Shown: positions 17,136 to 26,018 of the stretch, piece by piece
Layout of the letters: each line of letters begins with the position of its first letter
Position numbering within the stretch: position 1 is the first letter of the stretch
Source: Candidatus Aenigmatarchaeota archaeon
GTDB lineage: Archaea > Aenigmatarchaeota > Aenigmatarchaeia > CG10238-14 > SCSR01
Length of the DNA: 64,000 nt
Reading direction: 5' to 3'
Assembly (NCBI GenBank): GCA_018304615.1
Contig: JAGVVV010000009.1
Span: forward strand, 45,160-109,159
The notes under the pieces: generated by a model
Database searches by the model: none
Told to the model about the DNA's origin: nothing
The model's input: only the letters and a program-made list of their open reading frames with translations
Made by a program: the position numbers and the translations under genes

Positions 17136-17420
17136 TTACTTTTCAAGCAAGGCTTCGTATGCTATGAATATAGTTCCAATCAGCGCAAACAGGAAGCCGA
17201 TTATTTCGAACACTTGTCCGAGAGGAGCAACTACTGAAAGAACTCCACCTGTGGATAGAGATGGAACTCCCATAAACACTGCTGAGAACAGGAAGAACGC
17301 TCCTGCGACAGCAAACCAATTGAATCCTTTCTCGGCTTTGTGTCTGAGTTTAGCCCATTCGGCAAACACTGGCGCTAAAAGGAACGCCAAACCAAGCCAA
17401 AGGACTTGTTCGAATACCAT
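17136..17420 (-). CDS. small membrane protein (3 TM), hypothetical
   Basis: 94 aa, three hydrophobic helices. Confidence 0.45.
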   Translation of the reverse strand: MVFEQVLWLGLAFLLAPVFAEWAKLRHKAEKGFNWFAVAGAFFLFSAVFMGVPSLSTGGVLSVVAPLGQVFEIIGFLFALIGTIFIAYEALLEK

Positions 17421-17518
17421 TTGTTCACCTTAATTACTATTTGTTAAGATACTCCATATAAAGGCTTCTACCACGTAGAAAGAGTCTTGTTATAAACTTG
17501 GAAAATAAAATTAGTTTT

Positions 17519-17716
17519 ATGGAGATTTTGGAGATAAAATGTCCTAGATGTGATTCTCAATCAAAAGAATTGATTGAATGCGAGTCGTGTAAAAAAATCG
17601 GATGCGTGAAATGCATAACTCAGAGAAGCAAGCAGTGGTTGTGTGGAGATTGCAGATTAGGAAACACTTATCAACCGACTAATGATCCGTCTCCACTGTC
17701 AGCGATATTCGGTTAG
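17519..17716 (+). CDS. zinc-ribbon protein with ribosomal-stalk-like C-terminal tail
   Basis: ATG at 17519 preferred over the TTG at 17498; MEILEIKCPRCDS...CESCKK.GCVKC...CGDC (8 Cys); C-terminus NDPSPLSAIFG. Confidence 0.5.
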   Translation: MEILEIKCPRCDSQSKELIECESCKKIGCVKCITQRSKQWLCGDCRLGNTYQPTNDPSPLSAIFG

Positions 17717-17946
17717 AAAATATTTTTGGGATAAGAAGAAAAAATAAAATTAGAAAATGGTGAGAACAAACTACCAGTCTTCTTCAGACTCCTCTTCTCC
17801 CCAGTCGTCGCCGGTTTCTTCCTCGCCCAACTCATCTTCCAACATATTTTTCATTCATTCTTCACCTATATGTCACTAAAGCGTCGCAAAAGTATATAAA
17901 GTTAATCTGGAGAGAAGAATTAAATTACTAAATGATAGTAAAAAAA

Positions 17947-19317
17947 TCACTTTTTCATCTGAGAATATTTTAACAGAGCGGAAAAACATTTCACAGCGAC
18001 TTCTGGTGTAGAATAAACTGGTATGCCGTGTTTCTCTAATTTTCTGATGAGATTCCTAGTGAATTGGCTTCCGACTGCGCAGCAAATGATTGGCTTCTTG
18101 TATTTTTTCATCGAGCTAATGACCTCAGTGATCTCTTGCTCTAAGGTTGGGACTTGGAACAGAGTAATTACTACGGCGCCTGAATATTCTGAGCTGGATA
18201 AGACAGAATCCAAAGTTTTTTGGTATCTTTCGTCATTCGCATCACCTATTAGATCGATAGGATTATGAAGAATGACGTAAGAAGGAAAATGTTTTTTCAA
18301 TTCAGAAATTATTTTTTGACTTGGCTCTGGGAGAATTAATTTTTGTTTCTCCGCTTCATCGGTTGCAAGTACTCCAAATCCTCCACCATCTGTTATGATT
18401 GCTAGTTTATTTGAAGATGGGAGAGGTTGTGTTGAAAAAGCTTTTGCGAAGTCAAAAAGTTCTTCCCAGTTCTCTGCTTCGATTGCTCCTGATTGTTTGA
18501 AAACTGCGGAATATATTTTTGCTGAACCGGCGAGAGAGCCAGTATGACTTGCTACTGCGCGAGTCCCTCGTTCAGTTTTTCCTGCTTTCAAAATTATGAC
18601 AGGTTTTTTCTTAGAAACTTCCTTCAATTTTTTGAGAAAATATTTCCCATCAGATTTTATTCCTTCGAGATAAACTGAGATTACTTTTGTCTGTTTGTCT
18701 TTTGAAAGAAAATCCAAAAGATCAAGCTCATTGACGTCGATTGCATTGCCATAAGAGATGAACTTTGAAATTCCGATTGATTCTTCTGAAAGCCAGTCGA
18801 GAATAGTAGAACCGACTGCTCCAGATTGAGAGATAAAAGCTATATTTCCTTCTGTGGGTCTGCCAAGACGGTCTTGTGAAAGGAAGAGTGTGTCAGTTTT
18901 TGAAGAAGTGTCCAAAACTCCAATGCAGTTCGGTCCGATTATTCTTGTTTTTGAATTTTTCAAATGATGTTTGATTTCGTCTTCGAGAAGTTTTCCCTGC
19001 TGACCGATTTCTGAGAATCCGCCAGAGATTATTATCAATGATGGAATTTTTTTATGCACGCATTCTTTAACAATTTTTGGAACGTAGGTTGATGGAATGG
19101 CAATGATTCCTAAATCTACATTATCTGAAATTTCCAAAATGGATTTGTAAACTCGGAGACCTAGAATCGGAGATGTGTCTGGATTGACAGGATAAATTTT
19201 CCCTTTGAATTTTCCCCTGACAAAATTTTCGACGATTGCATATCCTACCTTTCCAGGAGTATGACTTGCACCTATTATGGCAACTGATTCTGGATTAAAA
19301 AAAGTTGAAAGGCTCAT
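17947..19317 (-). CDS. acdA: ADP-forming acetyl-CoA synthetase, alpha subunit (CoA-binding/succinyl-CoA-synthetase-like)
   Basis: Start at MSLSTFFNPESVAIIGASHTPGKVGY (ORF track extends 22 codons further); SQSGAVGS and ASHTGSLAG (phosphohistidine loop). Confidence 0.8.
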   Translation of the reverse strand: MSLSTFFNPESVAIIGASHTPGKVGYAIVENFVRGKFKGKIYPVNPDTSPILGLRVYKSILEISDNVDLGIIAIPSTYVPKIVKECVHKKIPSLIIISGGFSEIGQQGKLLEDEIKHHLKNSKTRIIGPNCIGVLDTSSKTDTLFLSQDRLGRPTEGNIAFISQSGAVGSTILDWLSEESIGISKFISYGNAIDVNELDLLDFLSKDKQTKVISVYLEGIKSDGKYFLKKLKEVSKKKPVIILKAGKTERGTRAVASHTGSLAGSAKIYSAVFKQSGAIEAENWEELFDFAKAFSTQPLPSSNKLAIITDGGGFGVLATDEAEKQKLILPEPSQKIISELKKHFPSYVILHNPIDLIGDANDERYQKTLDSVLSSSEYSGAVVITLFQVPTLEQEITEVISSMKKYKKPIICCAVGSQFTRNLIRKLEKHGIPVYSTPEVAVKCFSALLKYSQMKK

Positions 19318-19393
19318 AAGAAGTTTTTGTTTGTGTAGACTATAAGTTTCCAGATTCGAAAAGATTTTAGGCTCACAAATCAATTTTTAGATA

Positions 19394-20569
19394 ATGAAAG
19401 AACGGAGCGGAGTAAGGAGAGTCATTGCTGAGAGGGAAGAAGAGCTTCCGACTTCCGAGTTTGTTAAGATTGTAAAGATTGCTGAAGAAAGACACGATGT
19501 GATTTCTTTAGGGCCTGGAGAACCGGATTTCGACACGCCAAAAAATATTATCAAAGTTGCGAAAAAGAAATTGGACCAAGGATTCACTCATTATACTCCT
19601 ATTGGTGGAAGAAGTGATACAAAGAAAGCTATCGCAAAAAAACTAAAAAAAGAAAATAAAATTGATGTCAATCCTGAAAGTCAAGTGATCGTGACTGTCG
19701 GAGCCAAGGAGGCCATTCTATTGTCTCTGATGTCACTAGTTGATCCTGGTGAAGCTGTCTTGATTCCAGATCCTGGGTATTTGCCATACAGATCTATGGC
19801 AGATACAATAACAGTCGAACCTCTCTCTGTCAGACTGAAGATGGAGGATGGTTTTGAATATGATATTGATGAAGTGAAAAAAGTAATTGAACCGAAAAGA
19901 ACCAAAGCTATGATTTTGAACTCCCCATCAAATCCAACAGGAACTGTATTCACCAAGAAAAAACTTGAGGAGATTGCTGATTTCGCAATCGATAATTCTC
20001 TTGTTGTCATATCAGATGAGGCGTACGAGAAGTTTGTTTATGATGGATCAAAACACATAAGCATAGGAAGTTTGAATGGTATGCACAACCATGTGGTTTC
20101 GATTTTTAGTTTTTCAAAATCTTATGCCATGCCTGGATTCAGGATTGGATATGCATGCGGACCGAGAGATATTATCCAGGCCATGACAAGATTGAAGATG
20201 GGAACTACTCTTTCAACTCCTACTATTTCACAGTTGGCTGCTATAGAAGCTTTGAAAGGTCCTCAAGAATCAGTGAAAAGGATGGTCAAAGAATACGATA
20301 GGAGAAGGAGGTTCATGTGGAGGAGTTTGAACGAAATGGGAATGGAATGCTTGAAACCGAAAGGGGCTTTCTATATGTTCCCAAAGATTCCAAGAGGAAG
20401 ACATAATTCTACAACATTCGCACATTCACTTCTTCATAAGACTAAGGTTTTGGTCGTTCCTGGAACTGAATTCGGAAAATATGGTGAAGGATTTGTAAGG
20501 ATGAGTTATGCTACTTCTTATCAAAAGATTGTAAAGGCTATGGGAAGAATAGAGAAAGTTTTGAAATAA
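19394..20569 (+). CDS. class I/II PLP-dependent aminotransferase (aspartate aminotransferase-like)
   Basis: 391 aa; NPSNPTG, SFSKSYAMPGFRIGY (PLP-Lys), VPGTEFG motifs. Confidence 0.8.
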   Translation: MKERSGVRRVIAEREEELPTSEFVKIVKIAEERHDVISLGPGEPDFDTPKNIIKVAKKKLDQGFTHYTPIGGRSDTKKAIAKKLKKENKIDVNPESQVIVTVGAKEAILLSLMSLVDPGEAVLIPDPGYLPYRSMADTITVEPLSVRLKMEDGFEYDIDEVKKVIEPKRTKAMILNSPSNPTGTVFTKKKLEEIADFAIDNSLVVISDEAYEKFVYDGSKHISIGSLNGMHNHVVSIFSFSKSYAMPGFRIGYACGPRDIIQAMTRLKMGTTLSTPTISQLAAIEALKGPQESVKRMVKEYDRRRRFMWRSLNEMGMECLKPKGAFYMFPKIPRGRHNSTTFAHSLLHKTKVLVVPGTEFGKYGEGFVRMSYATSYQKIVKAMGRIEKVLK

Positions 20570-20578
20570 CAAGAAGAA

Positions 20579-20601
20579 TTCTTCAAGGAAATATACATAA
20601 C
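20579..20601. repeat. 23-bp perfect direct repeat TTCTTCAAGGAAATATACATAAC, copy 1
   Basis: Identical 23-mer at 22874-22896; degenerate third copy (TTCAAGGAAATATATAT) near 22393-22409. Confidence 0.8.
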
Positions 20602-20633
20602 TCATAATTATTTCTCAAATCAGAAATCTAATT

Positions 20634-22295
20634 CTATGTGAGTTTTGACACTTTTATCATACCAGCTCCTGAATTGATGTACATATTATCTGAGCTGTCT
20701 ATGTCAAGAACTAATGGGTCTACTGGGAGGCTTCTTACAACCGGAATGATTTGTCCATTCTCTATTTTTACCAGTCTAAAAAGATCTTCTAGGCCACCCA
20801 TAAGAAGAGCATATACTTCTCCTTTAGAATTTACAGCGATATCATCTTCAACAGCGCCCCGATCAACATCAAAATTGAAAACTGTTTGCTCTCCATTTTT
20901 AACAATTATTAAATCCCTTGAAATTGGACCTACATTAAAGTTAGTAGCATAATCCACTAACATATACAGTGTTCCTTCTTTGTCTACAACCATATTAGCG
21001 GTAAAACCAAAGTCTCTAAATTGAATGTTATCTTGCGTATACACTGTACCATCCTGTTTGATTCTCATAAGTTCGTTGGAACCTCCCAAAAACAAAAGAA
21101 TTTCATTGGTGGTTTTGTCATAACCCAAGCTTGCTGGACCGCTGAGAGCACTGTAGCTCTCTTTTTTACGAATCATAGCTAAAAGAGTCCTTGAACCATC
21201 GCCAGAGACCCGCCAGATATTATTATTCTCCTCATCGGATTTGTTAAGACTAAGCACATAAAAATATGTATCATCTGTGACAATATCCTGTATTTTGTAA
21301 AATCCTTCAGCTATTGTCTTCCTATCGCTCATTCGCAAGATTCTTCCATTTTCCGGAGGATAAACGTTATCGTCTGAAATATAAATTTCATCATTTAGTA
21401 TAGCCATGCCGCGTGAGCTAAAACCGTAGATTAGCATGGTTATTTTTCTGTCAGTAGTTATTTTAAATAAACCACCTTTAGCTGATGACGCAATATAAAT
21501 TGTACCATCTTCGTCAATAATTAAATCAGAAGGCGCCTCGACAACTGATCCCGCAGAATACAAACTAGTAACGTTTCCGTTGTTTACCTTTGCTATGCCA
21601 TAAACATTATCTGTTGAATACATCTGGTCATTTTTATCAAAAGCAATACTGAAGGGGTCATTGATAATAAACCCCTCAGCAACCACAGCTTTCTCATTGC
21701 CGACTATTTTGTAAATCTTTCCAACACCAGAGTCAGTTGTATAAAGGTTTCCCTGAGAATCAAACTCGATATCACTCAGAGAAACAAATCCATCCATAAA
21801 TACTGTAGTTACGCCTTGAGGCGTTGTTTTCTGGATTTTACCTGAGAGATACGCAGTGGAATAGACATTGCCATCTTCATCCATAGCTATTCTAAAAGCA
21901 GGCACTTGAACCCATTCCTCCACCTTCTTGTCCTTTGTTATTTTGTAAATTTTATCATTAACAGTCCCTGCCAAAAGCCCGCCTTCTGGTGTAAGCAAAA
22001 CAGCCTGTGGGTTTGCAGGCAGTGTTACATATTCTTCATAGTTGCCATCTGGAGCTACTTTAACTATTGAATTACGATCAGTCTGAGCAATGTAAAGGTT
22101 TCCCTCAGAATCACGCACTATATCGCTTGGATTTGCCAAGTTTGATTTAAAAATAAGTTCAGTTTTGTAACCGGATGCCACGTTCAAACCAAGGCCACTA
22201 ACATCCTTCCCCTCTTGGGCACCTGTTATCCAAAAAACTCCCACACCTATAGCAATCAAAATCAACAAAGGGATTATAAAAAATAATTTTCTCAT
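20634..22295 (-). CDS. secreted/anchored NHL-type beta-propeller repeat protein
   Basis: 553 aa; N-terminal TM/signal; about 10 repeats of the ..D..GN(L/I)Y(V/I)(A/T)D.. type. Confidence 0.6.
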   Translation of the reverse strand: MRKLFFIIPLLILIAIGVGVFWITGAQEGKDVSGLGLNVASGYKTELIFKSNLANPSDIVRDSEGNLYIAQTDRNSIVKVAPDGNYEEYVTLPANPQAVLLTPEGGLLAGTVNDKIYKITKDKKVEEWVQVPAFRIAMDEDGNVYSTAYLSGKIQKTTPQGVTTVFMDGFVSLSDIEFDSQGNLYTTDSGVGKIYKIVGNEKAVVAEGFIINDPFSIAFDKNDQMYSTDNVYGIAKVNNGNVTSLYSAGSVVEAPSDLIIDEDGTIYIASSAKGGLFKITTDRKITMLIYGFSSRGMAILNDEIYISDDNVYPPENGRILRMSDRKTIAEGFYKIQDIVTDDTYFYVLSLNKSDEENNNIWRVSGDGSRTLLAMIRKKESYSALSGPASLGYDKTTNEILLFLGGSNELMRIKQDGTVYTQDNIQFRDFGFTANMVVDKEGTLYMLVDYATNFNVGPISRDLIIVKNGEQTVFNFDVDRGAVEDDIAVNSKGEVYALLMGGLEDLFRLVKIENGQIIPVVRSLPVDPLVLDIDSSDNMYINSGAGMIKVSKLT

Positions 22296-22502
22296 AATAA
22301 ATTATATAGTATTATTAAACTAAATTCTGAAAGCATTGGTAACTAGAAAAAATCTAGGTATGTATCTTCAGGTATTTTGAGGTATCTACATTTTTCAAGG
22401 AAATATATATTATCAGGAAAGATAAAATTTAAATCGTGCCAAGTATCACTTATCGGTGTATCTTGTTCCTTGTAACTTGTTCAAGAAGATTTGGATATCT
22501 GC

Positions 22503-22793
22503 TCAACCACGCTCATGATGAAGATCCAAAACAGTCGGTTTTTCATGTCTTTTAATCCATTTAGCAATTTTTTGAGCAAGTGTTTTATGATACCTACCAA
22601 CAACCTCAATTTGTAGTTTTAAACCGTGATAACTAGTCATAAGCACTGTTGAGTATCCTATATGGTAAACATCATCATAACCAAGCGAGTCATTGTGAAA
22701 TCCAGCAACATTCCTACCTATAGTATCAAGATACTTTTCCAAGTTGGTAGTTGATTTTATATCAGTTTCAATACGTGTAGCTCCAATCGGCAT
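22503..22793 (-). CDS. hypothetical protein
   Basis: 96 aa ORF, no recognisable motif; flanked by copies of the intergenic repeat. Confidence 0.4.
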   Translation of the reverse strand: MPIGATRIETDIKSTTNLEKYLDTIGRNVAGFHNDSLGYDDVYHIGYSTVLMTSYHGLKLQIEVVGRYHKTLAQKIAKWIKRHEKPTVLDLHHERG

Positions 22794-22873
22794 AAGGTTT
22801 AGTTATTCATTAAAGATTTAAGCCTTTCTATCAACACTACAAACTTCAGTATTTCAATTTTTCTAGATGTATC

Positions 22874-22896
22874 TTCTTCAAGGAAATATACATAAC
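22874..22896. repeat. 23-bp perfect direct repeat TTCTTCAAGGAAATATACATAAC, copy 2
   Basis: Identical to 20579-20601; upstream TCTAGATGTATCTTC also resembles TCTAGGTATGTATCTTC at about 22363. Confidence 0.8.
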
Positions 22897-22928
22897 CTTT
22901 AAATCCTACTCTATATCTTATTTCTTTT

Positions 22929-23205
22929 GCAGAAGGATAGGTCTGGGCGGTTAGGCCTCGCCTACATCGGCAAACGGTCTTTATGGCCGAACTGAACGCT
23001 GCCAGGAGGTTTGGTTTCGTTCGCTGACTCCAAATTTCCGACTGAGAAGTCTTGCCCCATGGGGCTGATTATTTAGCGAACCTCCCTAGGACCGGAAGGT
23101 AGCAAGGATAAACTAGATTGTTGGTGCTTGTGGGATACAGGATGGAGAAGGTATTTGGGATAAGTTAGTGAATGGCTCTAAATCAACTGACAGAGCTCCT
23201 TCTGC
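22929..23205 (+). ncRNA. ffs: signal recognition particle RNA (archaeal 7S RNA)
   Basis: Terminal helix GCAGAAGGA (22929-22937) pairs with TCCTTCTGC (23197-23205); helix-8 signature CCCUAGGACC-GGAA-GGUAGCAAGG (compare E. coli GGUCAGGUCC-GGAA-GGAAGCAGCC); about 277 nt; T-run follows. Ends +/-15 nt. Confidence 0.8.
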
Positions 23206-23259
23206 ACTATTTTTCATTTGGTATAAAGAATCCAGATTCATAAATTATAAATCCTATCT

Positions 23260-24063
23260 GTGACGTTAATGTTTGATATGGAAAGGCTACTCGAGGTTTT
23301 AGTATCGGTATTGATCATCGTAGTGTTGGCTGTAGCCATTTTCCCAAACTCGTTCAAAATTCAGGATTTAATTCTTCCTAAAGAGAAACTCCCTCAGTTC
23401 TTATCTGTAACGACCACGACGATAATCAAGGAAACCCCTTCGACTCCTGAGATTGGTTCACGCGAGGTTTTGATGTATGTACCAGCAGTTGATGATAATG
23501 GGAACGGAACAGCTTTGGAAATCTCAGTTCAGGCAAGACCCGGAGAGGGGAGGGTTCTCACTGACATAAACAACCTCTTCTTTTGGGTAGACACGCAGAA
23601 TTCGATTAGGGTTGCAGAAAGGGTCGCTCAGAATATAACAAAAGCCGACATTTCCAAGATAGATTTGATATACAATGTCAAAACAAACGCGAGTGCAATA
23701 GAAGGACCGTCTGCAGGTGCAGCACTGACGATTGCAACAATAGCTGCACTTGAAGATAAGGATGTCAATCATGATGTGATGATTACTGGGACAATTAACC
23801 CTGACGGGACTATAGGGCCTGTCGGAGGAATAGATGCAAAGGCACAAGCTGCAAAAGACATTGGAGTTAAGACTTTCTTGGTTCCAGCTGGGCAGAGCAT
23901 ACAAAGAACTTACAAACCAACCCAGGTATGTGAGACAAACGGATTCATCCAATACTGCACTACTGAATATACAGCCAAAGTTGTCAACATCACAAAAGTT
24001 TCTGGAATCGAGGTAAAAGAAGTGACTAACATCCAAGAAGCATTAAAATACTTTTTAAAGTAA
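23260..24063 (+). CDS. membrane-anchored Lon-type (S16) serine protease domain protein
   Basis: 267 aa; N-terminal TM; IEGPSAGAALTIATIAAL (catalytic Ser) and PVGGIDAKAQAAKDIGVKTFLVPAG (catalytic Lys); no AAA+ module. Confidence 0.75.
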   Translation: MTLMFDMERLLEVLVSVLIIVVLAVAIFPNSFKIQDLILPKEKLPQFLSVTTTTIIKETPSTPEIGSREVLMYVPAVDDNGNGTALEISVQARPGEGRVLTDINNLFFWVDTQNSIRVAERVAQNITKADISKIDLIYNVKTNASAIEGPSAGAALTIATIAALEDKDVNHDVMITGTINPDGTIGPVGGIDAKAQAAKDIGVKTFLVPAGQSIQRTYKPTQVCETNGFIQYCTTEYTAKVVNITKVSGIEVKEVTNIQEALKYFLK

Positions 24064-24072
24064 TCATTAGTT

Positions 24073-24645
24073 ATGGAATTGAGCAAGGCTTTTACGACTA
24101 CTGAAATAAGAGATATGGCCATATCTGTAATAGCTGTTGCTCTGATTTTTTCTTATCCGAGACTGATAGAATTTCCGATATTTCTTGTCGCAGTGATAAT
24201 CGCGTTCTTGTTCCATGAGCTTGCACATAAGTTCGTTGCGCAGAGGTTTGGTGCTGTAGCTCATTACAAGATGTGGCCTCATCTTTTGGTTTTAGGGTTA
24301 GTGACTATGTTCACACCTTTCAAGTTCGTTGCTCCAGGAGCTGTCGTGATTCAGCCATACAGGTTCGGTAGATGGGGGTATAGGATCAAGCATCTCACAC
24401 CCAACGAGTTGGGGTTGATTTCTGTTTCCGGAATTTTAGTTAACCTGTTCTTCGCTTTGACTTTCAGACTAATAGACATTCCTATTTTCCAGTCCATTGC
24501 ACTTTTGAACGCATGGCTTGCTCTTTTCAATCTGCTACCATTTGGTCCGCTTGACGGAAGAAAAGTCTTGAGATGGAACATCATGTTTTGGTTCATTCTT
24601 ATCTTGATTTCTTTCTTGCTAGTTGCATCGGCTTTACTCTTGTAG
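24073..24645 (+). CDS. site-2 protease family (M50) zinc metalloprotease
   Basis: 190 aa; FHELAHKFVAQRFG (HExxH) and NLLPFGPLDGRKV (NxxPxxxLDG) in TM helices. Confidence 0.8.
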   Translation: MELSKAFTTTEIRDMAISVIAVALIFSYPRLIEFPIFLVAVIIAFLFHELAHKFVAQRFGAVAHYKMWPHLLVLGLVTMFTPFKFVAPGAVVIQPYRFGRWGYRIKHLTPNELGLISVSGILVNLFFALTFRLIDIPIFQSIALLNAWLALFNLLPFGPLDGRKVLRWNIMFWFILILISFLLVASALLL

Positions 24646-25905
24646 GTGATTTTAATCCAGATAATTGCTGATTTCCAGTTGCACTCAAAGTACTCCAGAG
24701 CTACGAGCAAGAATCTCAGTGTAGAAGTTCTGTCTTCTGGAGCGAAAAGGAAAGGGCTTCAGATATTAGGAACTGGAGATTTTACTCATCCAATTTGGCT
24801 GAAAGAATTGAAGGCAAAATTGAAGGAAGAAGGCGAAGGAATTTTTTCTTACGACAATACTCATTTCATGCTGACAGGGGAAGTTTCCACTATTTTCCAG
24901 GTAGAAGGCCTGACAAAAAAAATCCATCACATGATTCATGCGCCTTCATTTGAAGTGGTTGAACAAATCAATGAGAAGATTCAAAAATTTGGGGATTTGA
25001 AATCAGATGGAAGACCAATCCTCATGGCGACGGCTGCAGAAGTAGTTGAAGAGATAATGAGTGTGGACAAGAATATTTTTGTCTATCCTGCCCATGCATG
25101 GACGCCATGGTTCGGTGTCTTCGGTTCTAAATCAGGATTTGATTCTCTCAAGGAATGTTACGGGAATCAACTGAAAAATATTCATGCGGTAGAGACTGGG
25201 TTATCCAGCGATCCTGGAATGAACTGGAGGTTGTCTGCACTTGACGATTTCGCGTTCCTTTCGTCTTCAGATGCACATTCGGCAAACCCATGGAGATTGG
25301 GGAGAGAAGCTAATGTCTTTGATTTGGAAAAAATTTCTTTCAAAGAAATTCATGATGCGATTTTGAAAAAAAATTCCAAAAGATTCTTGTTCACTATTGA
25401 GACCAATCCGAATTATGGAAAATATCATTACGACGGCCACAGGAACTGCAATGTCTCATTATCTCCAAAAGATTCAAAAAAATACAATGGTTTTTGCCCT
25501 GTTTGCAAGAGGAGATTGACAATAGGAGTTTTGAATAGAATAGAGAGACTGGCTGACAGGGAAGAAGGATTCGTTCCTAAGAATGCCATTCCTTTCAAAA
25601 CTCTGCTTCCTTTGTACGAGATAATTTCATTCGTACTTGGAGTAAACGTACTTTATTCAAAGAAAGTATTGGAAATCCACGACAAATTGATTGACAGATT
25701 TGAGAATGAGCTCAATGCTTTGATGAACGTGAACGAAGAGGATTTGAAGAAGGTCGTAGAGCCGAAAATCGCAGATGCAATTATCAAAGTTAGAGATGGA
25801 AATGTGAAATACGAACCTGGATACGATGGCGTTTACGGAAAACCGATTTTCAATGGAAATCCAGAAAAGAGATTCATCAGCCAGAAAAGCTTGTCTGAGT
25901 TCTAG
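24646..25905 (+). CDS. endoQ: endonuclease Q (PHP-domain DNA repair endonuclease)
   Basis: 419 aa, GTG start abutting the upstream stop; ADFQLHSKYSRA, GTGDFTHP, AHAWTPW, SSDAHS, GKYHYDGHRNC and zinc finger CPVCKRRLTIGVLNRIERLAD match the Pyrococcus EndoQ layout as I recall it. Confidence 0.75.
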   Translation: MILIQIIADFQLHSKYSRATSKNLSVEVLSSGAKRKGLQILGTGDFTHPIWLKELKAKLKEEGEGIFSYDNTHFMLTGEVSTIFQVEGLTKKIHHMIHAPSFEVVEQINEKIQKFGDLKSDGRPILMATAAEVVEEIMSVDKNIFVYPAHAWTPWFGVFGSKSGFDSLKECYGNQLKNIHAVETGLSSDPGMNWRLSALDDFAFLSSSDAHSANPWRLGREANVFDLEKISFKEIHDAILKKNSKRFLFTIETNPNYGKYHYDGHRNCNVSLSPKDSKKYNGFCPVCKRRLTIGVLNRIERLADREEGFVPKNAIPFKTLLPLYEIISFVLGVNVLYSKKVLEIHDKLIDRFENELNALMNVNEEDLKKVVEPKIADAIIKVRDGNVKYEPGYDGVYGKPIFNGNPEKRFISQKSLSEF

Positions 25906-25978
25906 TGGGCCCAGAGGGATTCGAACTCTCGATCTTCGCGATGTGAACGCGACGTCTTAACCGCTGGACCATGGGCCC
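25906..25978 (-). tRNA. tRNA-Val(CAC), intron-less
   Basis: GGGCCCA-TG-GTCC-AGCGGTTAA-GAC-G-TCGCG-TTCACAT-CGCGA-AGATC-GAGAG-TTCGAAT-CCCTC-TGGGCCC-A (one A-C mismatch in the T stem); 73 nt. Confidence 0.8.
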
Positions 25979-26018
25979 TTTAGATTCTACTTATAGAATA
26001 AAATTACTTAAATTAAAA

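Noticed and set aside
17771-17854. 27-codon minus-strand micro-ORF encoding an extremely acidic peptide (MKNMLEDELGEEETGDDWGEEESEEDW)
   Set aside because: It is striking in composition but too short to support. No SD or promoter is evident, and it could be a chance ORF in a GA-rich spacer. Worth a glance in Ribo-seq data only.
23524-24036. 170-aa Cys-rich minus-strand ORF
   Set aside because: It lies antisense to the Lon-type protease gene, which has clear Ser-Lys dyad motifs. Its Cys richness comes from mirror translation of GCA/ACA codons.
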